DNA of 64,000 nucleotides. Origin: Fonticula alba ATCC 38817 (taxonomy: Eukaryota; Protista; Nucleariida). The stretch lies in NCBI GenBank assembly GCA_000388065.2, contig KB932206.1; one strand, given 5' to 3'. Position numbers and translations under genes: made by a program. A model generated the notes under the pieces. That model was not told the origin of the DNA. It ran no database searches and was given only the letters and a program-made list of their open reading frames with translations. This document shows positions 50,201 to 60,602 of the stretch, one piece after another. The first letter of the stretch is position 1. Each line of letters begins with the position of its first letter.

Positions 50201-53200
50201 ATCCCAGCAGCCAGCCCTGCAGGCCGAGCTGGTCCAGGCGCAGGGTCCCCCCCATGAGTACATGACCGATGTGCTTTGTCAAATCCCGGCATATGACCCG
50301 GCGCAGCTCCCCGGGTACAACGCCGCGCCGGCCCCCTCGACGCGGAGATCGCGCAAGTGCAAGGACCGTCTTCTTGTGGTGCTGGATCGTCACATCATCA
50401 TCTCCAAGCAGTTGCTTGTGCCGCCGTCTGCCGGGGGCACCTGGGCGCCGCTGGCTCTGGGCGGCGGTGGCGGGCCCCACACGGGAACCGTGGCCGCACC
50501 GCGCGACATCGCCGGCGCCCTGTACATGATCTTCAATTTGATGTCGGTGTCCATTCGCGAGGGCGGCGCGGTGGACGACCACCGGTCCTGTGCGTTCCCT
50601 CCGTCAACCACCCTCCCCCCTCCTGTCCGCCGAGAGTATGCTCCCGCTGACGTATCCTGCCTGCCTCTCGTCTCTCTCTTTCTCTCTCCCCCTCCTCGCT
50701 CTCTCCCTCTCCTTGCTCTCCCCCTCTCCTTGCTCTCTCCCCCTCTCCTCGCTCTCTCCCCCTCTCCTCGCTCTCTCTCCCTCTCTCTCCTCGCTCTTTG
50801 CCTTTCTCCGCGGCAAACCCACCCTCCACAGATATTGAGCTCATCCACAATGAGCCACCGTACGGCGGATTCCTCCTGTGTCTGCGTGATGCCGAGACCC
50901 ATCGGTCGGTGTACGCGGGGCTGCTGCGCGCCCAAACGGCATACCACCTGGCAGTGGCCCGGTCCCGGCTTCGGGCACACCGCTCCCTGACCACGCATCT
51001 GTTCCTGCTGCCGAGCATGCGCCTTAGCATGGACGCCTACAAGTTCGCCATCCCGGACACCAGCGACAATATCATCTTTGAAGTTCTCCTGCCGAATGAC
51101 AATGCCGCCTTGACGGCTGCCGCGGCCATGATCGATCTCAGTTCCGAGGAGTCGTGGTCCGGCGCAGCGGTCCAAGACTCGCCGCAGATTCGAGTGCGCC
51201 ATGCTCCATTTGCCCTGCCCGCACATGTGCATGCACATGCACATGTGCCACTTGCCCTCGATCCATACTAGTCCTCCCCGTGTCCCACTCGCGCTCCAGG
51301 CGGCATCGGTGGCCAAGTTGGTCGAGCACCTGACCCACGAGCGCTACAACAACCCCCACTTCATCGGCGAGTTCCTCCTCACATACCGGTCCTTCACCGA
51401 GCCAGGCACCCTGCTTCGCTTGCTCACCGAGCGCTACTACATGCCCGAGCCCACCTCGCCCGACCTGACTCCGGAGGACCTGGCCTACTTCCGGTGCGCC
51501 GAGGCCGCATGGCTGCCTCCTCGCTCGCTCTTTCGCCCTCGCTCCTCCCTCCATGCTGCTCCGCCTTTCGGCCATCCCAATTGACATGCCCCCCCCCCCC
51601 CTGCCCCCCGATTGTGCTGATGGCCCGCCTTGACAAAGGTCCCGCATCAAGCAACCGGTCCAGCGCCGCGTGAAGAATGTCATCAAGAACTGGGTGGACA
51701 AGTACTACTCGTATGACTTCATGTTTGCTCCGGAGCTGACCGAGCAACTCCTGCTGTTTGTGGCTGACATCGCCAAGGCCGAGGGTGCCGAGCGGGAAAT
51801 GCGGCACATGACGGCCGGTGCCAACTCGGCCGTCGACTCCACCGGGGCTTTGCTGTCCCCCTCGCCAACCGGGTCGCTTCCCCTGGCGCAGGTGTCGACG
51901 ACCAGCTCCGGCGAGGTGCCGCGCACCTTCTTCGAGACCATCTCGTCCTTGATCGAGCGCCGGCGCCTGGAATTCGAAGCCACCTCGCCAGTGGCCGACC
52001 CCAGCGAACTGACTGCCCTCAGCCTGCTGGCCGGGATGTGGCGCTCGCCGGTGGCCGTCACCAATCTCCTGCTGGCACGCGATCCCCACGAGGTGGCTCT
52101 TGCCCTGACCCTCTACGACTCGCGGCTTTTCTGCCGGATCCGGTCTCTGGAGTGCCAAAACCAGGGCTGGGTCAAGCGTCGCCCGGCCGAGGGCGGCAGC
52201 TTCGCCTCGGCCCCAGCGGATGAGTGCGCTCCAGATGCCGCGTCGCCCGCCGCCGCCGCCGCCGCCACCACCACCACCACCACCGCTGCTGCTGCTGCTG
52301 CGGCTGCCCCCNNNNNNNNNNNNNNNNNNNNNNCCCCCGCCACTGTCGCTGGTACTTCCACCACCTCGGACACCGCCTTCACGGCCACGGTCGATGCGCA
52401 TCCGGCCTCGCCGCTGGCTCTGCTGCGCGACGCACCAAACATCCACGCGCTCACGCTGCGCTTCAATCGCACTGCCGGCTGGGTGAAGACCCTCATTCTC
52501 GGGGTGCCGGATGCGCAGAAGCGTGCCGAGGTGCTGGAGCGCTTCATCCTCATTGCCGAGCGGTGCTTCCGCCTGAACAACTTCCATGCCACCATGGCCA
52601 TGGTGTCGGCCATCAATTCCTCCTCCATCCGGCGCTTGCGGAATACCTGGGCCCTGGTCAGCCAGCGCGCCAGGACCATTCTGTCGGATCTGCAGAAGAT
52701 CGTCCACACGGAGCGCAGCTACGCCACTTACCGGCGTCTGCTGCACACCGCGCACCCTCCGCGGGTCCCCTACTTCGGGGTGTACCAGTCGGATTTGACC
52801 TTCATCGAGGACGGCAATCCGGACCTCATCCCCGGCACGGCACTTGTGAACTTCTCCAAACGCCGGCGTTTGGCCCAGGTCATCTGGGAGATCCAAACCT
52901 ACCAGCAGCAGGTGGGCGGCTACGAGCAGAAGGCCGAAGCGCTGTTCGGGTCGGCCGGGCTGGGTCCCGGCCGGCCCGGGTCCCCCACCACTGGCATGGT
53001 TTTGACCGCTGGTCCTGGGGCTGGGCTCCCCCGGTCTGAGTCGCTCCACGATTCGGCGTCCCTCGGGGGCGCAGTGGCCACCGTCGGGGGCACCGCGTCG
53101 TCGGTGGCATCGCCGTCCTCCGGCTCCGGGGGAGCTGCCACCGCGTCTGCTGCTGCCGCCACTGCCGCCACTGCTGCTTCCTCGGCGACTGCTGCTACTA

Positions 53201-55116
53201 CGGCCGGTGGTGGTGCCGCTGCCAGCACCACCGCAGCTGCGCCCTCGGTTGTTCAGGCGGAGATCCAGCTCCTGCTGGTGATTGCGCAGAATCTCGAGCC
53301 GGCGGAAGACGATGACTTCTGCTATGAGCAATCGCTGCGCCTCGAGCCGCGGGACCCGTCTGCCGGTGCTCCTCCGGCCCCGGCCCCGGCCCCGGCGATT
53401 GACCACCAGCAGCCCGCGTCCGGGCTGCCCGGGGGCCATGCAGACAGCGCGACCTCCTCCGGCAGCGGAGGCGGCGGTAGTGGCGGCGTTCCGGACGACG
53501 TGGCGCCGGGTCGGACGCGCGCAGCCTCCACCGAAACAACCACCGACACGGTGCCGGCCTCCGGCGCCACCGCCGATCCCGGGGTCGACCTGGAGGGCGA
53601 CCTTCTGGCCACCTCCGGCTCGACAGACTCGGTTCAGTCTGTTACGTCCCCCTCCACGACCAAGTCCCTGGTGGGGTCGGCCAAGCACCGGCATGTGGGA
53701 TCGGTCTTGTCTTCGGCCCAGCCGACACACTCGCCGGGGGGCACGTCGCCGGTGGTGTCCCGGCCGCCCTCCTCCCTGAGCACACACTCGCGCGTGGTGT
53801 CCACATGGAAGCGGGGCATCACCAACCTCTATGAGTCCATCCGCGACTCGGGGTCGCACGAGCGCCAGCGGGAGTTGTCCAGCACCACCGCCTCGGAGGC
53901 CGCCGGACATCGACTGTATGGGCTTCGCCGGCCGAGCACCGAGGCTGCCGACACCGTCCGGCCCCGGTCCCAATCCACGCGGCCCGGGCTGACCGCCAAC
54001 AACTCCGGGACCCGCATGTCCTCCTCGCCCGTGGGGGGAAGCTCCCTGGCCGGGTCTGCGGGTGCATCCATCTCCGTGGGCGATCTGTCACAGCACCACT
54101 CGACCGCGGCACCAGGCAGCACGGTCAGGCTGGCCATCACCACCGACACCCCGCCATCGCGCGTGTCTTCCCGCGAGCAGACCCCCTCGCCGACGTCCTG
54201 GTCGCCGCTACACGCGCAGAATGCCGAGCAGCAGGCTGCCCAGCAACAGCAGCAGGCGGCGGCCGACGAGTACTTCCTCCACCGGGGCTACTCATCGAAT
54301 GAGTCCCTCTCGCCGACGCTGTCAGTGTCTCACAACTCCTCGGTCTCAAGCCTCGGCGGGTCGCATCATCGGTACGACTCCCCCTGCCCGGCATGCGGGT
54401 TACGCCGCTTCCCCCTTCACATCTCCCCCCATCCGCCGCCCGCCATCCCCCGGCTGCCCCTTGTGATCGCCTCGCCTGACATCCCCATGACCGGCAACCA
54501 GTGCCCGAAGCCAGAGCACGAATGAGGTCCCCCTCCAGCTGTTGGCGCCAGTGGGCAACATCGAGCGTGACTTGTCGCCAGACTCGCTGGTCGCCCTGCA
54601 AGATAGCTCGGATCCGGTATGTCCTGCCGCATAAGTTCCTGGCCGCCCTAGCACGAGGCAATTCCCGCTGTCTTTGCTAACTCGCACATGTGTCTATGGC
54701 GCCCCCACTTGCTCCCTTCCTCCTCTTCCCTCCCTTGTTCCCCCCCCCCCCCCTTGGAGCAGCGTTCGAGCCGGGCCCTTCGTCGGTCCCACACCTTCAA
54801 CAGCCTCTCGGTGGTCGGTCCCTCCTCCGGCCCAGGATCTGAGCTGTCCGCCTCGTCGACTGACCACGCCGGATCCGCGCCGTACACCCCCACTCGGAAG
54901 GGGAGTTTGGCGTTGCATGATGACGATCGCCACGCGTCGCCAGTGGTGTCCGGCGGGCTGGACCTCTCCGGGGATATGCTGACGCCAGACATCCTGACCG
55001 GGTCTCCGATGGCTAGCGCGGCCCAGGCATCTCGGTTGGCCCGTGCATCTGCCAGTCCCTCCGGGCGCCGGCTTCCTCCTCGAGGGTCGGTCATGCTGCA
55101 TCCGGAGCAGTTTTAG
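47260..55116 (+). CDS. SOS: Son-of-Sevenless-like Ras GEF: histone-fold pair, DH, PH, REM, CDC25 and long S/T-rich tail; multi-exon, interrupted by gaps at 47799-48200 and 52312-52333
   Basis: Histone fold AGVFLSGVIEYLAMDIIKLAGYYTLNDRRRSITDSDI (cf. SOS1 [35 protein letters not shown]). DH WLLLIPLRSTIY. PH DRLLVVLDRHIIISK. Linker YKFAIPDTSDNIIFE (cf. YRFAEPDSEENIIFE). REM LVEHLTHERYNNPHFIGEFLLTYRSF. CDC25 LNNFHATM, PPRVPYFGVY, EDGNPD, VNFSKRRRLAQVIWEIQTYQ. Start codon (47260 or 47305) uncertain. Confidence 0.9.
47681..47798 (+). repeat. 118-bp direct repeat, copy 2, at a contig edge inside the SOS gene (probable mis-join)
   Basis: Matches 42212-42330 and ends exactly at the N-gap starting at 47799; puts a TGA in the SOS frame. 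Confidence 0.9.
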
Positions 55117-55513
55117 TGCAGACCCGCCATATGTCCCCTCGTCCCTTGCCTCATGGCCATGCCCGAGCAAAGGCGAGGACAGACAAGGTGTAGCATCCAC
55201 CACAAAGGGGACGAGGGTGTGAAGAGCATGATGAAGGGGGGGGGGAGCAAACTAGGTCAAGCCGAAGGAGAAAAAAAAACCCGACAATTAGAAACCCCAC
55301 GCTCCCCGCCCCTCTTACAGGGGGGAGGGGAAATACCTCCCCGCATTCCCTTCACATCCGATCCCGCCGCGCGGCGCCATGCGCCGATTGTCCTTGATCC
55401 TCCTTCGCTCCTGCCGAACCCCACCCACGCGCCTTTGGCCGCGTCGTGGTCTCTCTCCCGAGCCGGCGTGCGATGGAATATACCCGTACCCTTGAGCTTC
55501 TATGTCTCTCTCT

Positions 55514-55518
<5 letters not shown>

Positions 55519-55566
<48 letters not shown>
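55519..55566. repeat. (GT)n microsatellite between the convergent 3' ends of SOS and the EMI1-like gene
   Basis: About 24 GT units visible. Confidence 0.95.
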
Positions 55567-55572
<6 letters not shown>

Positions 55573-55705
55573 CGGGGGCTAACCAGCGTGCTGGCCTCGG
55601 GCGAATGTGATGCTTTTGAGTCTATAAATTTTGAGCAGGTTGTGAGAGGGAGAGAGACAGAGACAGGGAGGAGGAGCTCGAGAATGTGGGATCCACACAA
55701 TGGAA

Positions 55706-55850
55706 CTAGTAGTGGGCACGCTCGCAGTAGGCCGGGGGATTGAGAGGGGGGAAGTCCGCCGGCGGGGAGTCCCGCATAGTCAGAGGATGTGTGTCGACCA
55801 CAACATCCTTCTGCTTCTCAGCCAGCACTTCATTCCACCGATCCTGTGCG

Positions 55851-55887
<37 letters not shown>

Positions 55888-56532
55888 GGGGAGAGAGAGA
55901 GAGGGGGGGGGGGCAGGGGGCGTTGTGTGCGGAACAGAGAAAGATACATGCACACATGTGCGAAGTGTCTGGCACATCGCGCCAAGACAGGAGGATGACC
56001 CGAGCGCACCAGCTGATTCTCGCGGTGGTTGTACTTCACCATGAAACAACTCTTCACGAGATCCCACTCCTTGTCACAGTTTGTCAAACCACCATGGACG
56101 TAGTACATCTTCCACTTGTGATATGACTCTAGGGTGGTCGAGCGGATGTCCAGCAAGACGAAAGGGCGTCAGTAAGAAAGACCAGGGGACTGGGGAGGGG
56201 GGCGGCAAAATGGCCGAAGGGGGGAGGCAATCAGCCTTCGCAGGGCCACACGCACTGTTGCAATAGAAAAACATTTCGAAATAGTGCTTGCACGAGAGAG
56301 ACTGCGAGGATTCACTCTCTGCCATCTTGGTGAGCTGCTGCATCAGGGTCTCGGTGTGCTGAGCCATCTCACTGGCGGATGCGGCGACCGACTGCTCGGC
56401 CACCATCGGCGCGGCAGCATCGCCAGCGGGAACCGGCTGCTCGGCGACCGGGCTGCTAGCAGTCGACTGCCCAGTGTGTGCACCGGGCACAGGAGTGTCC
56501 TCGGCGGCCGGCTTGCTCGAAAATGGCCACAT
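55706..56532 (-). CDS. EMI1: EMI1/C22orf39-like twin-CX9C mitochondrial intermembrane-space protein, 3 exons
   Basis: Spliced: MWPFSS..SCKHYFEMFFYCN|KSYHKWKMYYVHGGLTNCDKEWDLVKSCFMVK..|DRWNEV..HPLTMRDSPPADF. Two exact CX9C motifs flank YYVHG. Confidence 0.72.
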
Positions 56533-56640
56533 GGCTGGCAGTCCGGAAGGAAAGAGGGGGAAATCCGAAGCGGCAGGGGGAGAGAGAAGGAGGCGCAAGG
56601 GACGAGGGGGGAAGGGGCGGAGCGGGGGCGGGGGCGGGGG

Positions 56641-56679
<39 letters not shown>

Positions 56680-57232
56680 CTGGGGAACACCCTTTGGACA
56701 GGCCACGAGTAGCCCCCACATCACCATCGCCGCCATCCCACCATCCGATCGTGCCCCGATCCGGCCAAAGTGCCCCCTCCCTGCACAGAGGGAAGACGGC
56801 ACATGAAAACATGCCGGCAGACGGCTCGGGGGGGAGGGAGCTCTCTGGATGAGGGGCATGGAGGCGACGGAGGGGGGGGGGGGGGGNNNNNNNNNNNNNN
56901 NNNNNNNNNNNNNNNNNNNNNNNNNNNNNNNNNNNNNNNNNNNNNNNNNNNNNNNNNNNNNNNNNNNNNNNNNNNNNNNNNNNNNNNNNNNNNNNNNNNN
57001 NNNNNNNNNNNNNNNNNNNNNNNNNNNNNNNNNNNNNNNNNNNGAGAACGCCGGGGGAAAGCAAATGGATTGGCATCTGATGCGTGTGTATTGAGGTGGC
57101 AGTTGAGGACCGCCGATCCCCATCGCGCCCGGGGGCTCTTTCTCGCGCAAGGACAAGAAACAACTCCCGGGAGGCCGGGCAGGGCGGCCCCTGCCGAGGC
57201 CCACGACGCCGGGGAGTAGTCGGCAGCATGAT

Positions 57233-57416
57233 CTAGGTGCGCTGCATTGGCCGGAAGGGGGCCCCTCTCCCCTGTGGCTCCTCAAGAACCTCGGCCAGGG
57301 TGTGCTCGGCTGTGTGGAATTGGACACCCAAGAGATCGGACAGAGCGGCCTCGGCGCCGGAAATATCGGCATCCTGAGGAGGAGGGGGGGGCGTTAGGAG
57401 AGGCGGAGAGAGGGGG

Positions 57417-57451
<35 letters not shown>

Positions 57452-58551
57452 GAGGGTGGGATGGATCGCCGTGCATGGGGGAGAGCAAACGCAGGTAGAC
57501 GTACCGACAGCGGGCGCTTGGTGAGGCACTCGGACCCGGGGGCCGAGTCGTCATCGGCGTCCGAGATTGGGGATGCATACGGACGCAGGGCGCGAATTGA
57601 ATCCCAGAATTGACTACTCTCCGCGTCAAATGCTGCCAGGTCCTCGGTCAGAGACTGCTGCAGGGCAGCCGAGTCGTGGAGGTATGCCGGGAGATCGACA
57701 TCGCGGTGGTCCTCCGGCCGCTGGGCCACCTCCTCCGCCGGGATGTCAGACAGGAGCCGCTCGAGAAGTAGACGGCTGTGGCAGAAGCGCTGGAAGGACA
57801 GCTGCCCGGGAGTGATGGCGGCCCCGGATGCCAGGGCTGAAATGGAGGGAGGCGGCCCGGCGGCATCCGCCAGCAGGCCGGCCTGCATGATGACATGGTG
57901 CGCGGCGTAGGATGTGTCGCCGGAGGGGATGGGAAGCTTATGCGCCGCAAGGGCGGCGAGGTCCTCCGGGACAATGTGTGGAAAGGGGCCGCCATGTTCG
58001 GCCACCGAGGGATGGAAAACACGCGTCTGGGTTGGAGAACTGGTCATCTGCGGACTGGCCAGTGTGGGTGAAGAGGGCCCCGCCGCGGGGGCCGAAGCAC
58101 TCGAGCTCGAGCCATCAGCCGACCCGGAAGATGTCGCCAGCGACAAGACGGGTGGCCCATTGGTTTGTAGATTTGAAGTTTGCTGATGAGGCTCCTGCTG
58201 AGCCTGCGGGGCCTGTTGTGCATGTTGCTGAAATAGTTGCTGCTGCTGCTGTTGCTGCTGTTGCTGCTGCTGTTGCTGCTGCTGCTGTTGTTGGTGGAAA
58301 TGCTGGAGTTGCTGGAGCTGCTGAAGTTGCTGGAGCTGGTGCTGCTGCTGAGCGAGAGCAAGCTGCTCAGGTGTGAGTTGGCCGCTCGGAGATCCCAGCG
58401 CCAGGGACAATTGCGGGTGACCTGTCCCGAGGCCCGGGTGCGGGGCGCCGCCCAGGAACATGGCGCTCAATGGAAAGTGGTCTGGGGCCACACCGGGATG
58501 AGGACCGGCCGCCGGGGGCGGCTGGCCGTTGGGTGGCTGAAAATGTGACAT
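57233..58551 (-). CDS. Polyglutamine/low-complexity protein of unknown function, probably 2 exons
   Basis: ATG at 58551 (MSHFQPP), long Q tract, then a more complex helical region (SFQRFCHSRLLLERLLSD..QQSLTEDLAAFDAESSQFWDSIRAL). GTACGT donor and a CT-rich intron lead to DADISGAEAALSDLLG..TAG. Confidence 0.65.
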
Positions 58552-58932
58552 CAACCGGGAATACGTGGCCTGCAAAATCGGGAAAGGTGGGAGGGGGGGG
58601 GACGAAGGGCGGAGCTAAATGGCAAGAGGGGACGCGAGGAGAGAGGGGGGGGGGGGGCAAAATCAGGGGACGATGGATCTTCTCGGGAAAGGAGGCTCGA
58701 TCGGCGACCCAGGAGCCTGAAAAAAAAAAACGCCCGCACACTGGAAGCCTGTTTCCCTCTCTTGCCTGCACGCCAGCGAGGCACACTTGCTCTCCTGCTC
58801 CTGGGCCCTTCCTCCGGGGGGAGATGGGCAATTCGGGAAGAAAAAAAAAACGAGCCGGCCAGCTCCCCCCGCATTCCGGCCCCCGGAGGATGCGCGATAC
58901 ACACAGAGGGAGGGACATCGTTGGCAGTTCGA

Positions 58933-58945
58933 TGTATATTGTACA
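58933..58945 (-). promoter_or_regulatory. Putative polyadenylation element TGTACAATATACA downstream of SURF4
   Basis: Same TGTACAATATA 11-mer as downstream of RPN7, on the sense strand of SURF4. Confidence 0.45.
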
Positions 58946-59604
58946 GGGATGTGTGAGTTGCTGGAGATCGCCTCGCTCCTACCTCCACTTTTGGGAGCCC
59001 GTTCGGAACGGGAGAGAAAGAGAGGGGTGCGAGAAGGGGGAAACAGAGGAGAGGGGGGAGAGAGGTATATCTGTTCCCACATCTGGAAGAGACGCCAGGA
59101 TGTGCTTTGTGAAGAGGAGGGGAGGCGGCGAACAGGGAGACAGGGAGGCATATGCGCACAGCCCTCCACTCCCAGCCATCTCCCCCCGCAACACATGGGG
59201 TGGAAGGGCACACACGGCGCACGAGAGGGGGCGGGAGGAGGGAGGAGGGCAGATGGAGGAAAGGAGAGGAGAGCACCAGGCCATGCGCTCTCACGGGACG
59301 ACGGGGGGGGGGGGGGGGGGAGGGGGAGAGGGCGTGAGAATGCGAGGCATCCTCCCCTCACAGCACGGGCCGAGGGGGGGGGGAATGCGGGAAGGAGAGG
59401 CAACATGACCCAGCCAACTCATGGCATGCGTGCGTATCGCGCAGTGCTCTCGCTTGCAGTCTCGCCCCCTCCCCCTCCCCCCCCCCTCCCCACCGCTCCG
59501 CCCATTTGGGCTTTCTCTCTCGCGCTCTCGCCCGTGCTCCGGGGCTCTGGTCGTGTCTCGCGCGCTTCGCCCGGGCGGTGAGAGACGGCGGTGCCCATCG
59601 GCCC

Positions 59605-60570
59605 TCAGCGGCTCTTCTTCATCTTGTCGATGCTGAACTCCCCAGCGCCAAGGTTGGCCAGCAGCAGCAGGCCACCAATGACAGACCAAGTCTGGTAGAA
59701 GCTGTACATCATGGTGTCGCGCAGAACGTGGTAGTAGCTGACGGACCAGTAGTCGTTGACGGTGAAGTTGTGCACCACCAGGATGACCACCAGCAGCACG
59801 GCATTGGCACGCGCATGGAAGCCCACCATCACGGCACCGCACATGACCGTCACGAACATGGCATACAGAACACCGAGCAGGTCCATCTCAATGTCGAAGA
59901 GCAGGGCCACAATGAGGCTCATGTAGAACAGACGCCCGGCCACCTGGAGGTAGGCCGCCGGCTCGAAGGCATCCAGCTCCGGGAGCCCGGCATACAGGTT
60001 CCGCCGGCTGGTGTCCTTGGCATTGCGGCCGCGCCGGGTGTCCAGCGCCTCGGAGGCCAAAAGACACAGGCCACCACAGAGGGACAGCGTCCGACTGAGC
60101 ATGCTCAAATCCGAGTAGATGGCATACCCGAAGGTCTGCAGCACCAAGCCGTAGAAGAGCGAGCCAACGCCCACGGGAGCCAGCTTGCCGAAGCCGATGA
60201 CAATGAAGCTGCCCAGCGTCTGCAGCATGATGTTGCTCGTGAGGAAGAACATGGCGAAGTAGCCGTTGAAGCCACGCCGCGAAATGAGATAAGACATCTG
60301 ACAGGCGACAAGGGCAAAGGGGTGAGTGGCCAAAAGCCCCTTGAGGGGGAGGGGGAGGGGGAGGGGGGGGGGAAGGCGGGCAAAATGCCGGCAGGGGCGC
60401 GCAAGTGGAAAGAGGGGCACATCGGGCCAGGCGGCGCACCTGCTCATCCCAGTTCATGAACAGACGGATGGCATCCTCGAGGAAGGTAAGGACAATGAGG
60501 AACCGAGCGACGTAGGGCTGTGCAGTCGGGGGGGGGGGGGGGGGGGGGGGGGGGGNNNNNNNNNNGCAGT

Positions 60571-60602
<32 letters not shown>

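Noticed and set aside
51424-53973. 849-aa minus-strand ORF opposite the SOS REM/CDC25 exon
   Set aside because: Antisense shadow; the plus-strand frame carries all recognisable RasGEF motifs.
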